A stretch of 63,939 nt of DNA, filler included, from Octopus bimaculoides (lineage: Eukaryota), in NCBI RefSeq assembly GCF_001194135.2. It is 6 parts of 5 records of this genome, joined end to end, with 100 filler letters (N's around TTAATTAATTAA, not from the genome) between each part and the next. Parts side by side here need not be neighbours in the genome. Positions count along the whole stretch, not along the records: positions 1 to 30,104 come from NC_068982.1; positions 30,205 to 40,068 come from NC_068990.1; 4 more parts are not named here. The stretch is one strand, 5' to 3'. This document shows, piece after piece, positions 25,589-38,142 of this stretch; the stretch's first letter is position 1, and each line of letters begins with the position of its first letter. The translations under genes and the position numbers were made by a program. Under the pieces are notes generated by a model. That model ran no database searches and was not told the origin of the DNA. It worked only from the letters and a program-made list of their open reading frames with translations.

Positions 25589-27911
25589 CATGCGTGCGTG
25601 CACATGTGTTTCACAATATTAACGTGGTATGAACATATTATTTGTAACTTTTCTTCCGCTTCCAACATGAGATTTACACACACATGCACATAATATGTGT
25701 GTAAGCGTGTGCGTGTATGTGTATATATANNNNNNNNNNNNNNNNNNNNNNNNNNNNNNNNNNNNNNNNNNNNNNNNNNNNNNNNNNNNNNNNNNNNNNN
25801 NNNNNNNNNNNNNNNNNNNNNNNNNNNNNNNNNNNNNNNNNNNNNNNNNNNNNNNNNNNNNNNNNNNNNNNNNNNNNNNNNNNNNNNNNNNNNNNNNNNN
25901 NNNNNNNTATATATATACATACGTATATGTATGTATGTATGTATGTATGTATATATATTCTGAAATAAAACTGTCCGACGAACGGGACCGTGAACTGAGT
26001 AGCAGTTCTTGCGATGTGTTTGCAGCTTTCATTAATGAAATATATATATATATGTATATGTACGAAGAGAAAGTGAGAGAGAGAGAGAGACGTGTGTGCG
26101 GGCGCGTGCGCATGTGAATGTGCGTACGTGCGCGCGCGCACGTGTTTGTGTGTAGTCAACAGATGTGATTCAGACGTGTAAGTATAGAAAACACTTTGTA
26201 GCGCTTAAAGGATTTGAACTCACACTACGAAATCGTTACCGAGTACTAACTCCGAGGGATAACGTTTAACTATAGGAGGAAACTAGCTGAGTAAAAATGG
26301 AAATAATGATGTCAATATGGGGTTAATTATGCAAATGAACAAAGGAAAAGGTATTTATCTTTCCACCTGAAAACGGAGTCCGGATTTGCCAAATGTCCAT
26401 TTGCTTCTACTTCTGTTTGCATATCATTGACATATTTATAACTAAATCCGCCAACATTACAACGTAATTCCGGCCACCTGAAAAATAGCTCTCAAACCAG
26501 TAGCACCATATCCTCTCCTCTTAATTTCTTAAGTCATAGTACTCTGTGTAAGAATGTTTTTTTTAATATGTAAATATCTATATATTTGTGCATTAATGTT
26601 TATCGTTTGAATAATTTCAGTCTTCTCTCTCTAGTTTTGACCTATACGTTTATGTAGACAGAAAGAGGGAGGGAAAAGCGAGAGAAATTGATAGATATAG
26701 ATAGATAAATAGATACATGAAAGACAGACAGAGGAGTCTATGAGAGAGAGAGTAATCTTTTCACACAGCAAAAACATAAGACACAATGAAGTGATTGATA
26801 TATAGATACCTATAACTCCATTATCTAATATTCGTATGAAGCAATACATTGTAATATATAATGTTTTGGGATTTTCAACTCAGTAAGTTCACAGGAAAAA
26901 GTTAAAAATACAACAGAGTACGTATTGAATACATATTCTTACAACTATTGTACCTTCTTCTCCTTTCTGAAGTTGCAACGTGAAATTGCGTTGCATTGTA
27001 TTATACACAGAGAAAGTTAATTGAAGTAATTAAATTTTGCGCAATAAGAGGTTTACACCCAGGTCAAAATCGTTACCATTCTGGAGGCAATTTTTCGCAA
27101 CGTTTGGCAGGAACAACTGAAGACGAATAGAGACCAGGAGGAAGAAAAAAAATGTCTGAATGTTACTTAAGAAAGAGGTCGAAATGGCAAATTTCTTTTA
27201 AATGCTTTATGCTTAATAGAAAGGCTTAAAGGTTTCGAGTCTGCCAACTGGCTGTAACTGCTGAAATAGGAGCCAATAGGCTTGTAGCCAATATACAATA
27301 CGTAATACATGCACGGTTTTATAACAGTGTGAGATTTCATGAAGTTTGCACTGAAATATGATTAAACTTAATACAATGTTTTGTCGTTTCAAGAAGACCT
27401 CACAGGGAAATACAATGAAAAGCAATATTTCTGCAATATACAAAATTAATTATAGTATTAAACAATATATACTCGATAGCCAAAAGTTCTATCGTTTGTA
27501 CAAGTTTATAACCAAATATTTGTGCGTATGAAACGAGATTTTGATATCACAATAGAGCATAATTCACACCTCTCTCTATTCTTTATATATACATATACAA
27601 TTAATTCGTTCATCAACGTGTGTGAGTGGAGCTGTATGCCAAGAAGCTTGCTTCCAAACCACAAGGTTGCGGGTTAAGTCCTAGTAAATGACACTTGGGC
27701 ACATGTCTTGTGGGTGGATTCAGAAACTAAAAGAAGCGCGTCATATATATACGCATATATATTCTATTATTCCTTTATTCTTTTATTCTATTTTTGGTTT
27801 CGTCATTTGACTGCGGACATGCTGGAGCACTGTTTTTAGTTGAACAAATAAACCTCAAGGCATATTTTTTGTAAGCCTAGTACTTATTCTATCGGTCTCT
27901 TTTGCCATATA

Positions 27912-28010
27912 CCCGTGGGCATATAGTGTAGTGGTTAAGAGTGCGGGCTATAAACCCCAAGATTCCGAGTTCGATTCCAAGCAGTGACCTGAACAATAAC
28001 AATAATAAAG

Positions 28011-28073
<63 letters not shown>

Positions 28074-28232
28074 TCGAAACATACCTTAGGAATGAGAATC
28101 CAGGTTCCAAATTTCCCGAAGACACCTGAAGAAGGCTGGACGGTATATCAGCCGAAACGTTGTGTTAACAACAAACAAGATGAGGAAAAATCTCCGTCGA
28201 ATGTAAATAAAGTAAATAAAGTAAATAATGTA
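27912..28232 (+). mobile_element. tRNA-headed SINE (family C) with internal (AAT)n and a hammerhead-containing tail
   Basis: A-box TAGTGTAGTGG at 27924-27934, B-box AGTTCGATTCC at 27968-27978, (AAT)n at ~27983-28070, unique tail, and terminal (GTAAATAA)n repeats. Confidence 0.8.
28121..28166 (+). ncRNA. Minimal type-I hammerhead ribozyme motif inside the SINE tail
   Basis: GACAC-CTGAAGA-A-GGCTG-(GACGGTATAT)-CAGCC-GAAA-CGT-T-GTGTT. Stem I is GACAC/GTGTT, stem II is GGCTG/CAGCC, stem III is the loopless palindrome ACGT, and the predicted cleavage site is GUU. Confidence 0.8.
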
Positions 28233-29240
28233 TATTAGGATCGTATTTACAAAATGTAAATGTATGTTACATTTAATTGATTTAATGGCATAATTTTTTA
28301 CTAAAAGTAACGTCACGTACCTTGTAATTGATATCAGATGCAGTCAAAATATTTCATTCATGCAACAAATGTTAGCTCATACATTAAGTTTATTTTCTAA
28401 ATCAGAAAATAGTTAAAAAATAACTTTTAGAATGCATGTCTCATTTCATTTAAATTCTTCGCAAGAAAGGGATGTTTAAATGACTGTGAAAAATTAAATG
28501 TAATTTAAAATTTTTAAATAACATCTATATGTACACATAGCTATAAATTCAAATATTCTAAATTTGCATGTTAAAGTAATAATTGTTAGCTTAATATCGG
28601 AAAATGTATGTAGATATATTATTTTAATCACGTTTCTCTGTAACATAATCAAAACCATATCAATAAATCATGTGATGCCTTATAAATCCTGTTTATTGAA
28701 AAATATTTCTCGTAATTATATCATTAGTATTCAAACTAAAGTTGAAGTATACATTTTTAATTGGAATGATTATGTGGTGCCGCTTATTTAAATGATCACG
28801 TTCTATATTTTACCAAATTTTGTAAAACGTCATAAATTCATTTTCAGAAAATTGAAATGTACATCACGTGGATTACAGCGTCACTAGTTTATTTTACGTC
28901 ACTGGAACTGGAAACAGGATGCAATAGCCGGTTTAACTCTACTGCATAATGAATTAACGAATATTGTTTTAAGAAAGATTATATTTATACCCTGAAATTT
29001 TTTGAGAAGTTACAATACAGTTTGATTCCGCAAGATATTACTTATTGGATGGTTCCTGCACAATCGAATTTAAACTGCTTATACATAGATATATGATCGT
29101 ATAGATACACATGCTCCAATCGTATATGTATTCATGCGTTTTCCGTACTGTCTGATCATCAACAGGTGTTCTTTTTCACTTCATAAATATACATTTACCC
29201 AATAGCACATGCACCAAATATCTCAGACAATTGTACTGCT

Positions 29241-29260
29241 ATCATTATTATTATTATTAT

Positions 29261-29314
<54 letters not shown>

Positions 29315-29442
29315 AAGAAGAAGAAGAAGAAGAAGAAGAAGAAGAAGAAGAAGAAGAAGAAGAAGAAGAAGAAGAAGAAGAAGAAGAAGAAGAAGAAGAA
29401 GAAGAAGAAGAAGAAGAAGAAGAAGAAGAAGAAGAAGAAGAA
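29241..29442. repeat. Compound trinucleotide microsatellite (ATT)n(AGT)n(AGA)n
   Basis: Direct inspection; source of the poly-L and poly-V/E pseudo-ORFs. Confidence 0.95.
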
Positions 29443-30039
29443 GCAATCAGGTGTGCTATTGTGGTTTTTAAGAATTTGAAGAATTTATGACTTTAAACAA
29501 TATGAAATTCTAACGTAGACTTATGAACACTTATCGCCAAACTAAGTGTCCTGCTGTTAATAACAGCATAGCTGCTGGTGTTATTTTTTAGATAAATGCA
29601 TTGTACTGCACAAATAGTTTTAATGCGAAACACACAGATATATAATGAAGTATAACATGAATCTTGACAGAAAATATCTAAAATACGATTTATCCATCCG
29701 TGATACACGCACGCACATGTTTGCACGAATTATGCTTAACGTTTGTGATTGAAAGCACGCCAGAGGATATATGTGTGTGCTTGTGTGTGTGTATGTGTGT
29801 GTGAGTGTGTGTGTGTGCGTGCGCGCGTTTAATAAATTGAAACAAACAGTAAAAAAATTGTCATTATAGTCCTCGGAGTCTCGAATGTTAGAACGAAGAG
29901 CTTGGATGCCTTCTCATCAAGGTCTCGTTCTTTTGTTGTTACATATTATTATTATTATTAATATTATTATTATTATTATTATCATCATCACCATCATCAT
30001 CATCATCATCATCATCATTATTATTATTATTATTACTAC

Positions 30040-30079
<40 letters not shown>

Positions 30080-30104
30080 TTTTACTCTATTACTTGTTTC
30101 AGTC

Positions 30105-30204
30105 NNNNNNNNNNNNNNNNNNNNNNNNNNNNNNNNNNNNNNNNNNNNTTAATTAATTAANNNNNNNNNNNNNNNNNNNNNNNNNNNNNNNNNNNNNNNN
30201 NNNN
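30105..30204. other. Artificial contig-joining spacer (N44-TTAATTAATTAA-N44)
   Basis: Exactly 100 nt; the 12-mer places stop codons in all six frames; the same structure occurs five times. Confidence 0.95.
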
Positions 30205-30235
<31 letters not shown>

Positions 30236-30571
30236 GTGTACACTCACACATATATGTATGCATTATGCATACATAGATGAATATATAAATATATACATAC
30301 ATAAGGACAAATATACACACGTTACTCTACGAATGAAAGCTCAATATTCAAATTACATTAACATCTCATATTGAACTTTTAAAGATAAATGATAGCGAAA
30401 ATTTTGAAATATACTCATATTTTTAAACAATTTCCATTCCTTTAGAATGTATTTCGCTCTATTTCTAATTAGTGTTAAAATTTATAACGAGTATGTGGAC
30501 AGAAATGTAAAAGTAAGAACGTTCTTACTCAGGACGAAATCCCGTTTTGGTTCACAAGGACCAGTAGAACA

Positions 30572-30797
30572 TGTTGGCCGTGATTATACATATACAGTAG
30601 TCTCCCTCTGAGATCTTGTCCACACGTCTCTTCCCCTCGACGTTCTGGTGAAGAAAGAAGCTGTTCCAATGTCCATCTTCTTAGCGTGACGTCACTTCCC
30701 ATTGCTTCCGGTTCCGACGTCCCCCTTCTCTCGCGTCCGGTTAAGACGTGTCCCTTCCCTCACCACAGAGTAGTAAATCCTCCACACTATATGACAA
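30572..30797. mobile_element. Possible solo LTR or LTR fragment
   Basis: GC- and CpG-rich island bounded by TGT...ACA, containing GTGACGTCAC (CRE-like) and CTTCCGG (ETS-like); no TSD found. Confidence 0.3.
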
Positions 30798-32289
30798 TAA
30801 AGTATTGCCTTGTTTCAGAAACTTGTTGGGTCACTTGAATTTACCCCAAATATGCTAGTGATAAATTTATGTATGTTTGTTAATAATTTACATTCTCGGA
30901 TCTTCTGTGAATCTACCTAGCATTTTGACAAAGCGCGTATACCTTTGCTAATCATGGGAAACAGAAAACGTGAGGAAAGATAGGTCGATGACTTATCACA
31001 ATCAATTGATTCCATAAAATTCTTCAGCATGATTGTTACGTAACAAGACTATTCTATATACTTGTTTCCTCGTAGAAAGCTTTTCAATATGAAAGAAAAA
31101 AAAACTATGGTTTTCTATTCATAATCACAATATTCCCTTTAAGACGTACTCGTAAGTGAAATCATATATTATGCAACCAGTGCATTTACGAAATTGAATT
31201 AAACAGTACAGCAACACAAAATAAACAACTTTAAATGAAAAGAGCCCATAGCAATAAAGGGGAAAATATTTGTGCAATACAATCTACACTGCATATTCTA
31301 TATTACGAAATTTATGACCCCATGAGAATTACATATAGCAAAATTCTGTAAAATATTTCAGGATTACATGCCGTGAATATTTCAGTTTATATTTGTATAT
31401 TGTCTCTGAGAAAAATAAATGTACACATCACCAGGTCCAAGTTTACGTACAAATAAACAATTAAAAAGTTGAGCAGACTTTCCTAGATTTCAGACATGAT
31501 AATGGGTTGTCCGATGAATTGGTGCGTTTATTTATTTATTTATTTATTTAATTATTTTATTTCTTGTTTCCTATTTGGAATTTCATCGTCATAAGTCTAA
31601 AAACAGGTAAAGATTTATTGAAATTCGAAAAATGATGAACAAAAGCTGTAGACGGCGAACAGAGCTAAATAATACACAGCGATAAAAAGCAATTGTTTTG
31701 CTTTAGTTCGAATAACATTAGGTTAAAGTAAATGGAAACAAAATGATCGAATATATCTAAGTTATCAATAAAACATATCTAAAAATGAATGCATTTTCGC
31801 TGTAACAATTAAACAATTTATTCAGAAAAATACTATTTAAAAAATATTATGCAATACATCCCATTCTTAGTTGAAACTGTACGGATTCATTAAGCCGAGA
31901 TGCAGTTGTTATTTTTAGGTCTAAACTGACTTCAGAACGGTTTTCTGCGTGCTGCAATGTAAGATTGGAAAGATCTTGCTAAAAGAAATTGTGAGCATAA
32001 TTAATACAGATATCAAAGAACTTATCTAGTAATTTATAATTCTAGCTGTTTTTGTCAACTGAATTGAACAATAGGCCATTTTACGTCCAAATCATCTTGC
32101 GATGCTTGCTTCGCCATACGGATAACATTGTCTGGCTATATGTCGATATATAAATTCATTCGGTGTTGAGATATAACATTATTATAAATTTCATATTAGA
32201 ATGTGCTATTTGGTAGTAGAATACTACTAGACAGCACAGGGAAATTCTGAAGGTGGGCGACCCTTATACTATACTCTACTATGTTACTT

Positions 32290-32325
<36 letters not shown>

Positions 32326-33803
32326 NNNNNNNNNNNNNNNNNNNNNNNNNNNNNNNNNNNNNNNNNNNNNNNNNNNNNNNNNNNNNNNNNNNNNNNNNNN
32401 NNNNNNNNNNNNNNNNNNNNNNNNNGTGTGTGTGTGTGTGTGTGTGTGTGTGCTTGTGTGTCTGTGTGTCTGTGTGTATTCTGCGTAAGTTTAGAAAGTG
32501 TGGTGAATACGAATTTTGTAAATATAGTTACTAGATCATACATATACACGACGGAAATGAAATGGAAAGAAGTATAATACCTATTTCTTCGTCCTGGGTT
32601 TATATACCCCAATATTAAACTATTTCTTATGGTCTATATATACGGTAAAAAACTTTTATTTATAAATTATATATATTTGTGTATGACTATATTCTATTCT
32701 GATGCCAAGTAATGTCGCGGCGCTAACCAAGTAGCAGTAAAGAAAGCAAAAACATTATATTTGGAAATAGGAAATTCATAAATAGAATACCAAGAAATAG
32801 TGTTATCATTGATCCCCATTTGGTATTTCTTTATCCTAAGTTTGGAACACCAAAGTACGCTTAGCGAGCACTGTTTCGTTTCACAACACTTCTCTGGATA
32901 TCACAAAATCAGACAGCTACAAGTTTATCTTTTTTATTTATATATTTCGTTTACAGCTGAAAATAACGATGTCACACTCAATTAGTGAACCTTAAGCATA
33001 AAACAATATGGCCACCTATATAAGCACATTCGATTGGTAGAGTCAAAGTAAACCCTGCCCGTTAAAGCGTCCTCGTGTGTTAAACGGATTAACAGAAAGA
33101 GGTTTTCTTTCATAAAATTATATAAAGACATTTTCATTAGTAAATTAAATATTATATTATCTTTCACTTAACATGCCTTTAATGCTTGAATTTGCATTAT
33201 AAAGCAGTGCCAACCGGGCAGAAACATGAAATGGTGAAAATCACAGCCAAAGATTCTCCAAATCATATTTAAGAATGGTTTTAAATTTTGACACAAGGTC
33301 AGCAGTTTTGAGGGCGTGTAGAAGTCAAATACATCGACTCCAGTTCTAAACTTGGTACTTACTTTATTGACCCTGAAAAGATAAAAAGAAAGTCACCCTT
33401 ACAATATAAAGACGGACGAATGCCTCTAAACAATTTGCCCAGCATGCTAACGACTATATCGGCTCACCACCTTATATTAACAGATCGATTTGAAATTTTG
33501 GTAAAGGGTCAGAAATTTTTGGGGAAGAGTAAGTCAAAATATTATTTATCTAATTTTACATCCCTTTAAAAATAAGCAATACAATTAAGCATTAAAGATT
33601 AAAAATGAATAATTAAAAATTAAGTATAAAAATTATACTTTGTAATAATAAGAATTAAAATTTATAAATTATACATTTTAAATATGAATTAGTATATAAG
33701 ATCAAGTATATGTCAAATACAGAATGTGAGATATGAGATTAAACATCAGAATAAAAATGTCTGTGTTTAAATGTGATATATAACAAGAACAATTCAAATA
33801 CAT

Positions 33804-33869
33804 ATAGGTAATTGATACCGGGATTAACAACGGATATACTTTTCCCTTGGACGGTAACTCTACTTACCT

Positions 33870-33900
<31 letters not shown>

Positions 33901-33967
33901 AAGGTAAGAAGAGTTACCATCTAAGGGATAAATATATCAGTTCCTACTACCGGTATCAATTACCTAT
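33804..33967. mobile_element. Foldback MITE with ~70-bp inverted arms and central AT microsatellite
   Basis: ATAGGTAATTGATACCGG...CCCTTGGACGGTAACTCTACTTACCTTATA is complementary to TATAAGGTAAGAAGAGTTACCATCTAAGGG...CCGGTATCAATTACCTAT. Confidence 0.75.
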
Positions 33968-34060
33968 GTTAAGCCTGAGCATGGGTATGCAAGCACACTA
34001 TACTCATAGGGTACAGGTAACAAAAGAATAAACAAGAGTTTATCAGGAATCAAATTTAAA

Positions 34061-34166
34061 ATAAGCAGAAAATGGAGAAGACGTTTGATCAACAAGCAAA
34101 TTGACCAACATCGGCTGGTCAATTTGTTTGTTTGTTGATCAAAAGTGTTCTCCATCTTGTGCTTAT
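34061..34166. repeat. ~105-nt hairpin (arms ~47-51 nt, 8-nt loop)
   Basis: ATGGAGAAGACGTTTGATCAACAAGCAAATTGACCA pairs with TGGTCAATTTG(TTTG)TTTGTTGATCAAAAGTGTTCTCCAT around the loop ACATCGGC. Confidence 0.8.
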
Positions 34167-35474
34167 ATATATATGGAGAGAGTGAGAGAGAGAGAAAAAG
34201 AGAGAGAGAGAGAGACTGACAGACAGACAGATACACAGATAGTCATATGCATATATCTAAAGGTGCTAGGCATCCGGTTTTGATTAGTCTATATCACCGT
34301 AACTAAGCAGTTGAGCAAAAGAAATTGGTAGAATAAGTACTAATCTTGGAAATAAGAATGACAGAGATCGATTAGTTCGATTAAGCCCCTTTCAAAACAG
34401 AGTCCCAGCGTGGCTCTCTTCGATAAGTGAAAATATTAAATGCCAAAGATTTTCAACTGGCTATAAAAAACTTTGAGCTTGCTTGAGGAGATGTAGGACA
34501 GTATCTTTTTTTAATATTTTGCGTTATCGAATGTCATTGTAGAGTTAACATTCCTAATTGGGTTAAAGTTTAAAGGAAAATTATTGTTAAATCAATAGAT
34601 CTCGATATTCAGTCCATTATATATACAATAATAGATCAATTACAATAGAGGGGCTCTATATGTATGTGTGTGAGATAAATAAATCTACATGCAATTATTC
34701 ATTGTAAAAAACAAAAATGCCAAAATAATGTTAATATATTTCTTTGCTTTGTACCACAGAGTATTGCCTTTTTCCCCAGCACAGCTTATTTTCTCATCTC
34801 CCATGTCATCTATTTTCATAAAACATCAAACTCCAGGCGCTAAGCAAATTTACATGCGATCGGTAGAGCTTATAAAATCCAATTATTATTACTATTTGTA
34901 CTTGCTGACAATAATATTACCCCTTGAGATAACAGCATTGCATATTACCAACCGAAATATCAAAATATGCTTATTTTATATCACTATCCACATGAACTCG
35001 AATTTATTATGACCTTATGTACATATAAACATATATATGCGTGTGTGTATGCGTTTTTATATATGTATTATGTATGTATATATATATGTATATATATATA
35101 TATATAAGTATATATATNNNNNNNNNNNNNNNNNNNNNNNNNNNNNNNNNNNNNNNNNNNNNNNNNNNNNNNNNNNNNNNNNNNNNNNNNNNNNNNNNNN
35201 NNNNNNNNNNNNNNNNNNNNNNNNNNNNNNNNNNNNNNNNNNNNNNNNNNNNNNNNNNNNNNNNNNNNNNNNNNNNNNNNNNNNNNNNNNNNNNNNNNNN
35301 NNNNNNNNNNNNNNNNNNNNNNNNNNNNNNNNNNNNNNNNNNNNNNNNNNNNNNNNNNNNNNNNNNNNNNNNNNNNNNNNNNNNNNNNNNNNNNNNNNNN
35401 NNNNNNNNNNNNNNNNNNNNNNNNNNNNNNNNNNNNNNNNNNNNNNNNNNNNNNNNNNNNNNNNNNNNNNNNNN

Positions 35475-35551
<77 letters not shown>

Positions 35552-36044
35552 TACATATGTATTTATCAATCTATCTACCTATTTATATATGTGTGTGTAC
35601 AAAGAGAGAGAGGGGCGTATGTATGTGTTCATAGGTGTATATGCATTCTTGTATACACACGTATGTCCATATATATGTACATAGGCATTTATTATATACA
35701 TATCGGATATACATGCTTATATGTGAGTATTTTGGGTTTGTGTGTTTACGTATTACGTGTCAACAAGCTTGAGCATATATTTCAGATAACCTGGTAATTA
35801 TGGTCGTCCCCTGCGTTGCTACTGTTATATTGTTTATTATCATCATGAAAAATACATTGCCTTCTGACGAATCAAAACTAGAGGAAAATAATGTGTTTTA
35901 TCTGACATGTGTACTTTCACATAGCTAGAGACATTACTTATCTAGTTCTTGATTCTGATTTACCCGACGTAAAGTTGATTAGACAGAAAGTGTCTGGTAC
36001 CTATGTGCAGCGACATTGGTTGTTCTGAAAAATGACACTTTCTA

Positions 36045-36108
36045 GCAAAACCAAATAATGAGTAAAGTTCTCAAATGCAAAACCAGATAATGAGTAAAGT
36101 TCTCAAAT
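36045..36108. repeat. 32-bp tandem duplication
   Basis: GCAAAACCA(A/G)ATAATGAGTAAAGTTCTCAAAT occurs twice. Confidence 0.9.
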
Positions 36109-36377
36109 GTCGTCGTTAGCATTTACTACGCTGCAAAATAACAGTTTACAACTGTGAATCATAGCTGGTGCTTTCATTTGTGTTCATATCATTTAATATC
36201 TTTACGGCTGCTATTAGATGGGTCAATATTAGTTGGATTTATAATAATATTCCTAGCAGCGTTGATTACTTTTAGGGACACTGTATTTCGTTACACAAAG
36301 CATATTAAATGCTTTATAAGTCAATACTGTATCCTACTGTCTTAGCAGTGTTATTCATTCACATGTTCAGGTTATAT

Positions 36378-37128
36378 TGTTGGTACTCCGTCGCTTACGA
36401 CGTCGAGGGTTCCAGTTGATCCGATCAACGGAACAGCCTGCTCGTGAAATTAACGTGCAAATAGCTGAGCACTCCACAGACACGTGTACCCTTAACGTAG
36501 TTCTCGGGGATATTCAGCGTGACACAGTGTGAGAAGGCTGAACCTTTGAATTACAGGCACAGCAGAAACAGGAAGTAAGAGTGAGAGAAAGTTGTGGTGG
36601 AAGAGTACAGCAGGGTTCGCCACCATCCTCTGCCGGAGCCTCGTGGAGCTTTAGGTGTTTTCGCTCAATAAACAGTCACAACGCCCGGTCTGTNNNNNNN
36701 NNNNNNNNNNNNNNNNNNNNNNNNNNNNNNNNNNNNNNNNTATATTGTTGGTACTCCGTCGCTTACGACGTCGAGGGTTCCAGTTGATCCGATCAACGGA
36801 ACAGCCTGCTCGTGAAATTAACGTGCAAATAGCTGAGCACTCCACAGACACGTGTACCCTTAACGTAGTTCTCGGGGATATTCAGCGTGACACAGTGTGA
36901 GAAGGCTGAACCTTTGAATTACAGGCACAGCAGAAACAGGAAGTAAGAGTGAGAGAAAGTTGTGGTGGAAGAGTACAGCAGGGTTCGCCACCATCCTCTG
37001 CCGGAGCCTCGTGGAGCTTTAGGTGTTTTCGCTCAATAAACAGTCACAACGCCCGGTCTGTGAATCGAAACCGCGATCCTATGACCAAGAGTCCGCTGCC
37101 CTAACCACTGAGCTATTGTCCCTCCACA
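36378..37128 (-). mobile_element. ~390-bp tRNA-derived SINE (family D) with 10-bp TSD; body duplicated across an assembly gap
   Basis: The head read on the minus strand is tRNA-like (AATAGCTCAGTGGTTAGGGCAGCGGAC...GGTTTCGATTC). CAGGTTATAT occurs at 36368-36377 and 37129-37138. 36373-36693 is identical to 36741-37060. Confidence 0.85.
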
Positions 37129-37502
37129 CAGGTTATATATTTTGCGGCTATTTAAGCAATGTGTTGTTGGATTTTTAATGGCTAAGATGTGGTACATGTA
37201 TATACACCTGTTACCTATTTTTCCATCTTCAATCGCATTGTTAATTGCATTAGATGTATTCGGATACGAAAAATCCTAACAAAATCAGGCTGCTTATAAT
37301 TTCTTTTGAAAATCTATACAGATATCCTTAGCAAATGGTTTAATAGTATTGCTAACACAGTAGAACATGGTTTTGACTGATAAAAATGTTTAATATACAT
37401 CATAGCATATAATCGTCGCATAACGAAATACGGTGTCCCTAATATTCATTAGTATGTACGTAGAAGCTGCCAGGAATATCTTCAATATGTAAAGATGGTA
37501 TA

Positions 37503-37694
37503 CTCTTTTACTTGTTTCAGTCATTTGACTGTGGCCACTCTGGAGCACTGCCTTTAGTCTAGCAAATCAACCCGAGGACTTATTCTTTGTAAACCTAGTA
37601 CTTATTCTATCGGTCCCTTTTGCCGAACTGCTAGGTTACGGGGACGTAAACACACCAGCATCGATTGTCAAGCGATGTTGGCGGGACAAACATA

Positions 37695-37731
<37 letters not shown>

Positions 37732-37944
37732 ACATAGACACACACACACACACACACACACACACANNNNNNNNNNNNNNNNNNNNNNNNNNNNNNNNNN
37801 NNNNNNNNNNNNNNNNNNNNNNNNNNNNNNNNNNNNNNNNNNNNNNNNNNNNNNNNNNNNNNNNNNNNNNNNNNNNNNNNNNNNNNNNNNNNNNNNNNNN
37901 NNNNNNNNNNNNNNNNNNNNNNNNNNNNNNNNNNNNNNNNNNNN

Positions 37945-37975
<31 letters not shown>

Positions 37976-38142
37976 TACGACGGGCTTCTTTCAGTTTCCG
38001 TCTACCGAATACACTCACATGATTTTGGTCAGCCCGATGCTATAGTAGAAGACACTTGCCCAAGGTGACACACAGTCGGACTGAACCCAGAACCATGTTG
38101 TTGGTAAGCAAGCTACTTACCACACAGCTACTCCTGCGCCTA
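37503..38142 (-). mobile_element. Full SINE family A: tRNA head, internal (AT)/(AC) microsatellite, tail
   Basis: Same tripartite layout as the plus-strand copies at 43449-43850 and 46893-47345. Confidence 0.85.

Noticed and set aside
29195-29490. Poly-L and poly-V/E ORFs
   Set aside because: Translation of trinucleotide microsatellites; the same applies to the YIYI, HTHT, MYVC and poly-S/H ORFs throughout.
35925-35960. DITYLVLD resembling DEAD-box motif II (TYLVLDEAD)
   Set aside because: DEAD is absent and no other helicase motifs are nearby.
36373-37060. Apparent tandem SINE duplication
   Set aside because: The copies are identical on either side of an N gap with a single TSD pair, which indicates an unmerged contig overlap. 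The same applies to 50089-50240 and 5574-5610.
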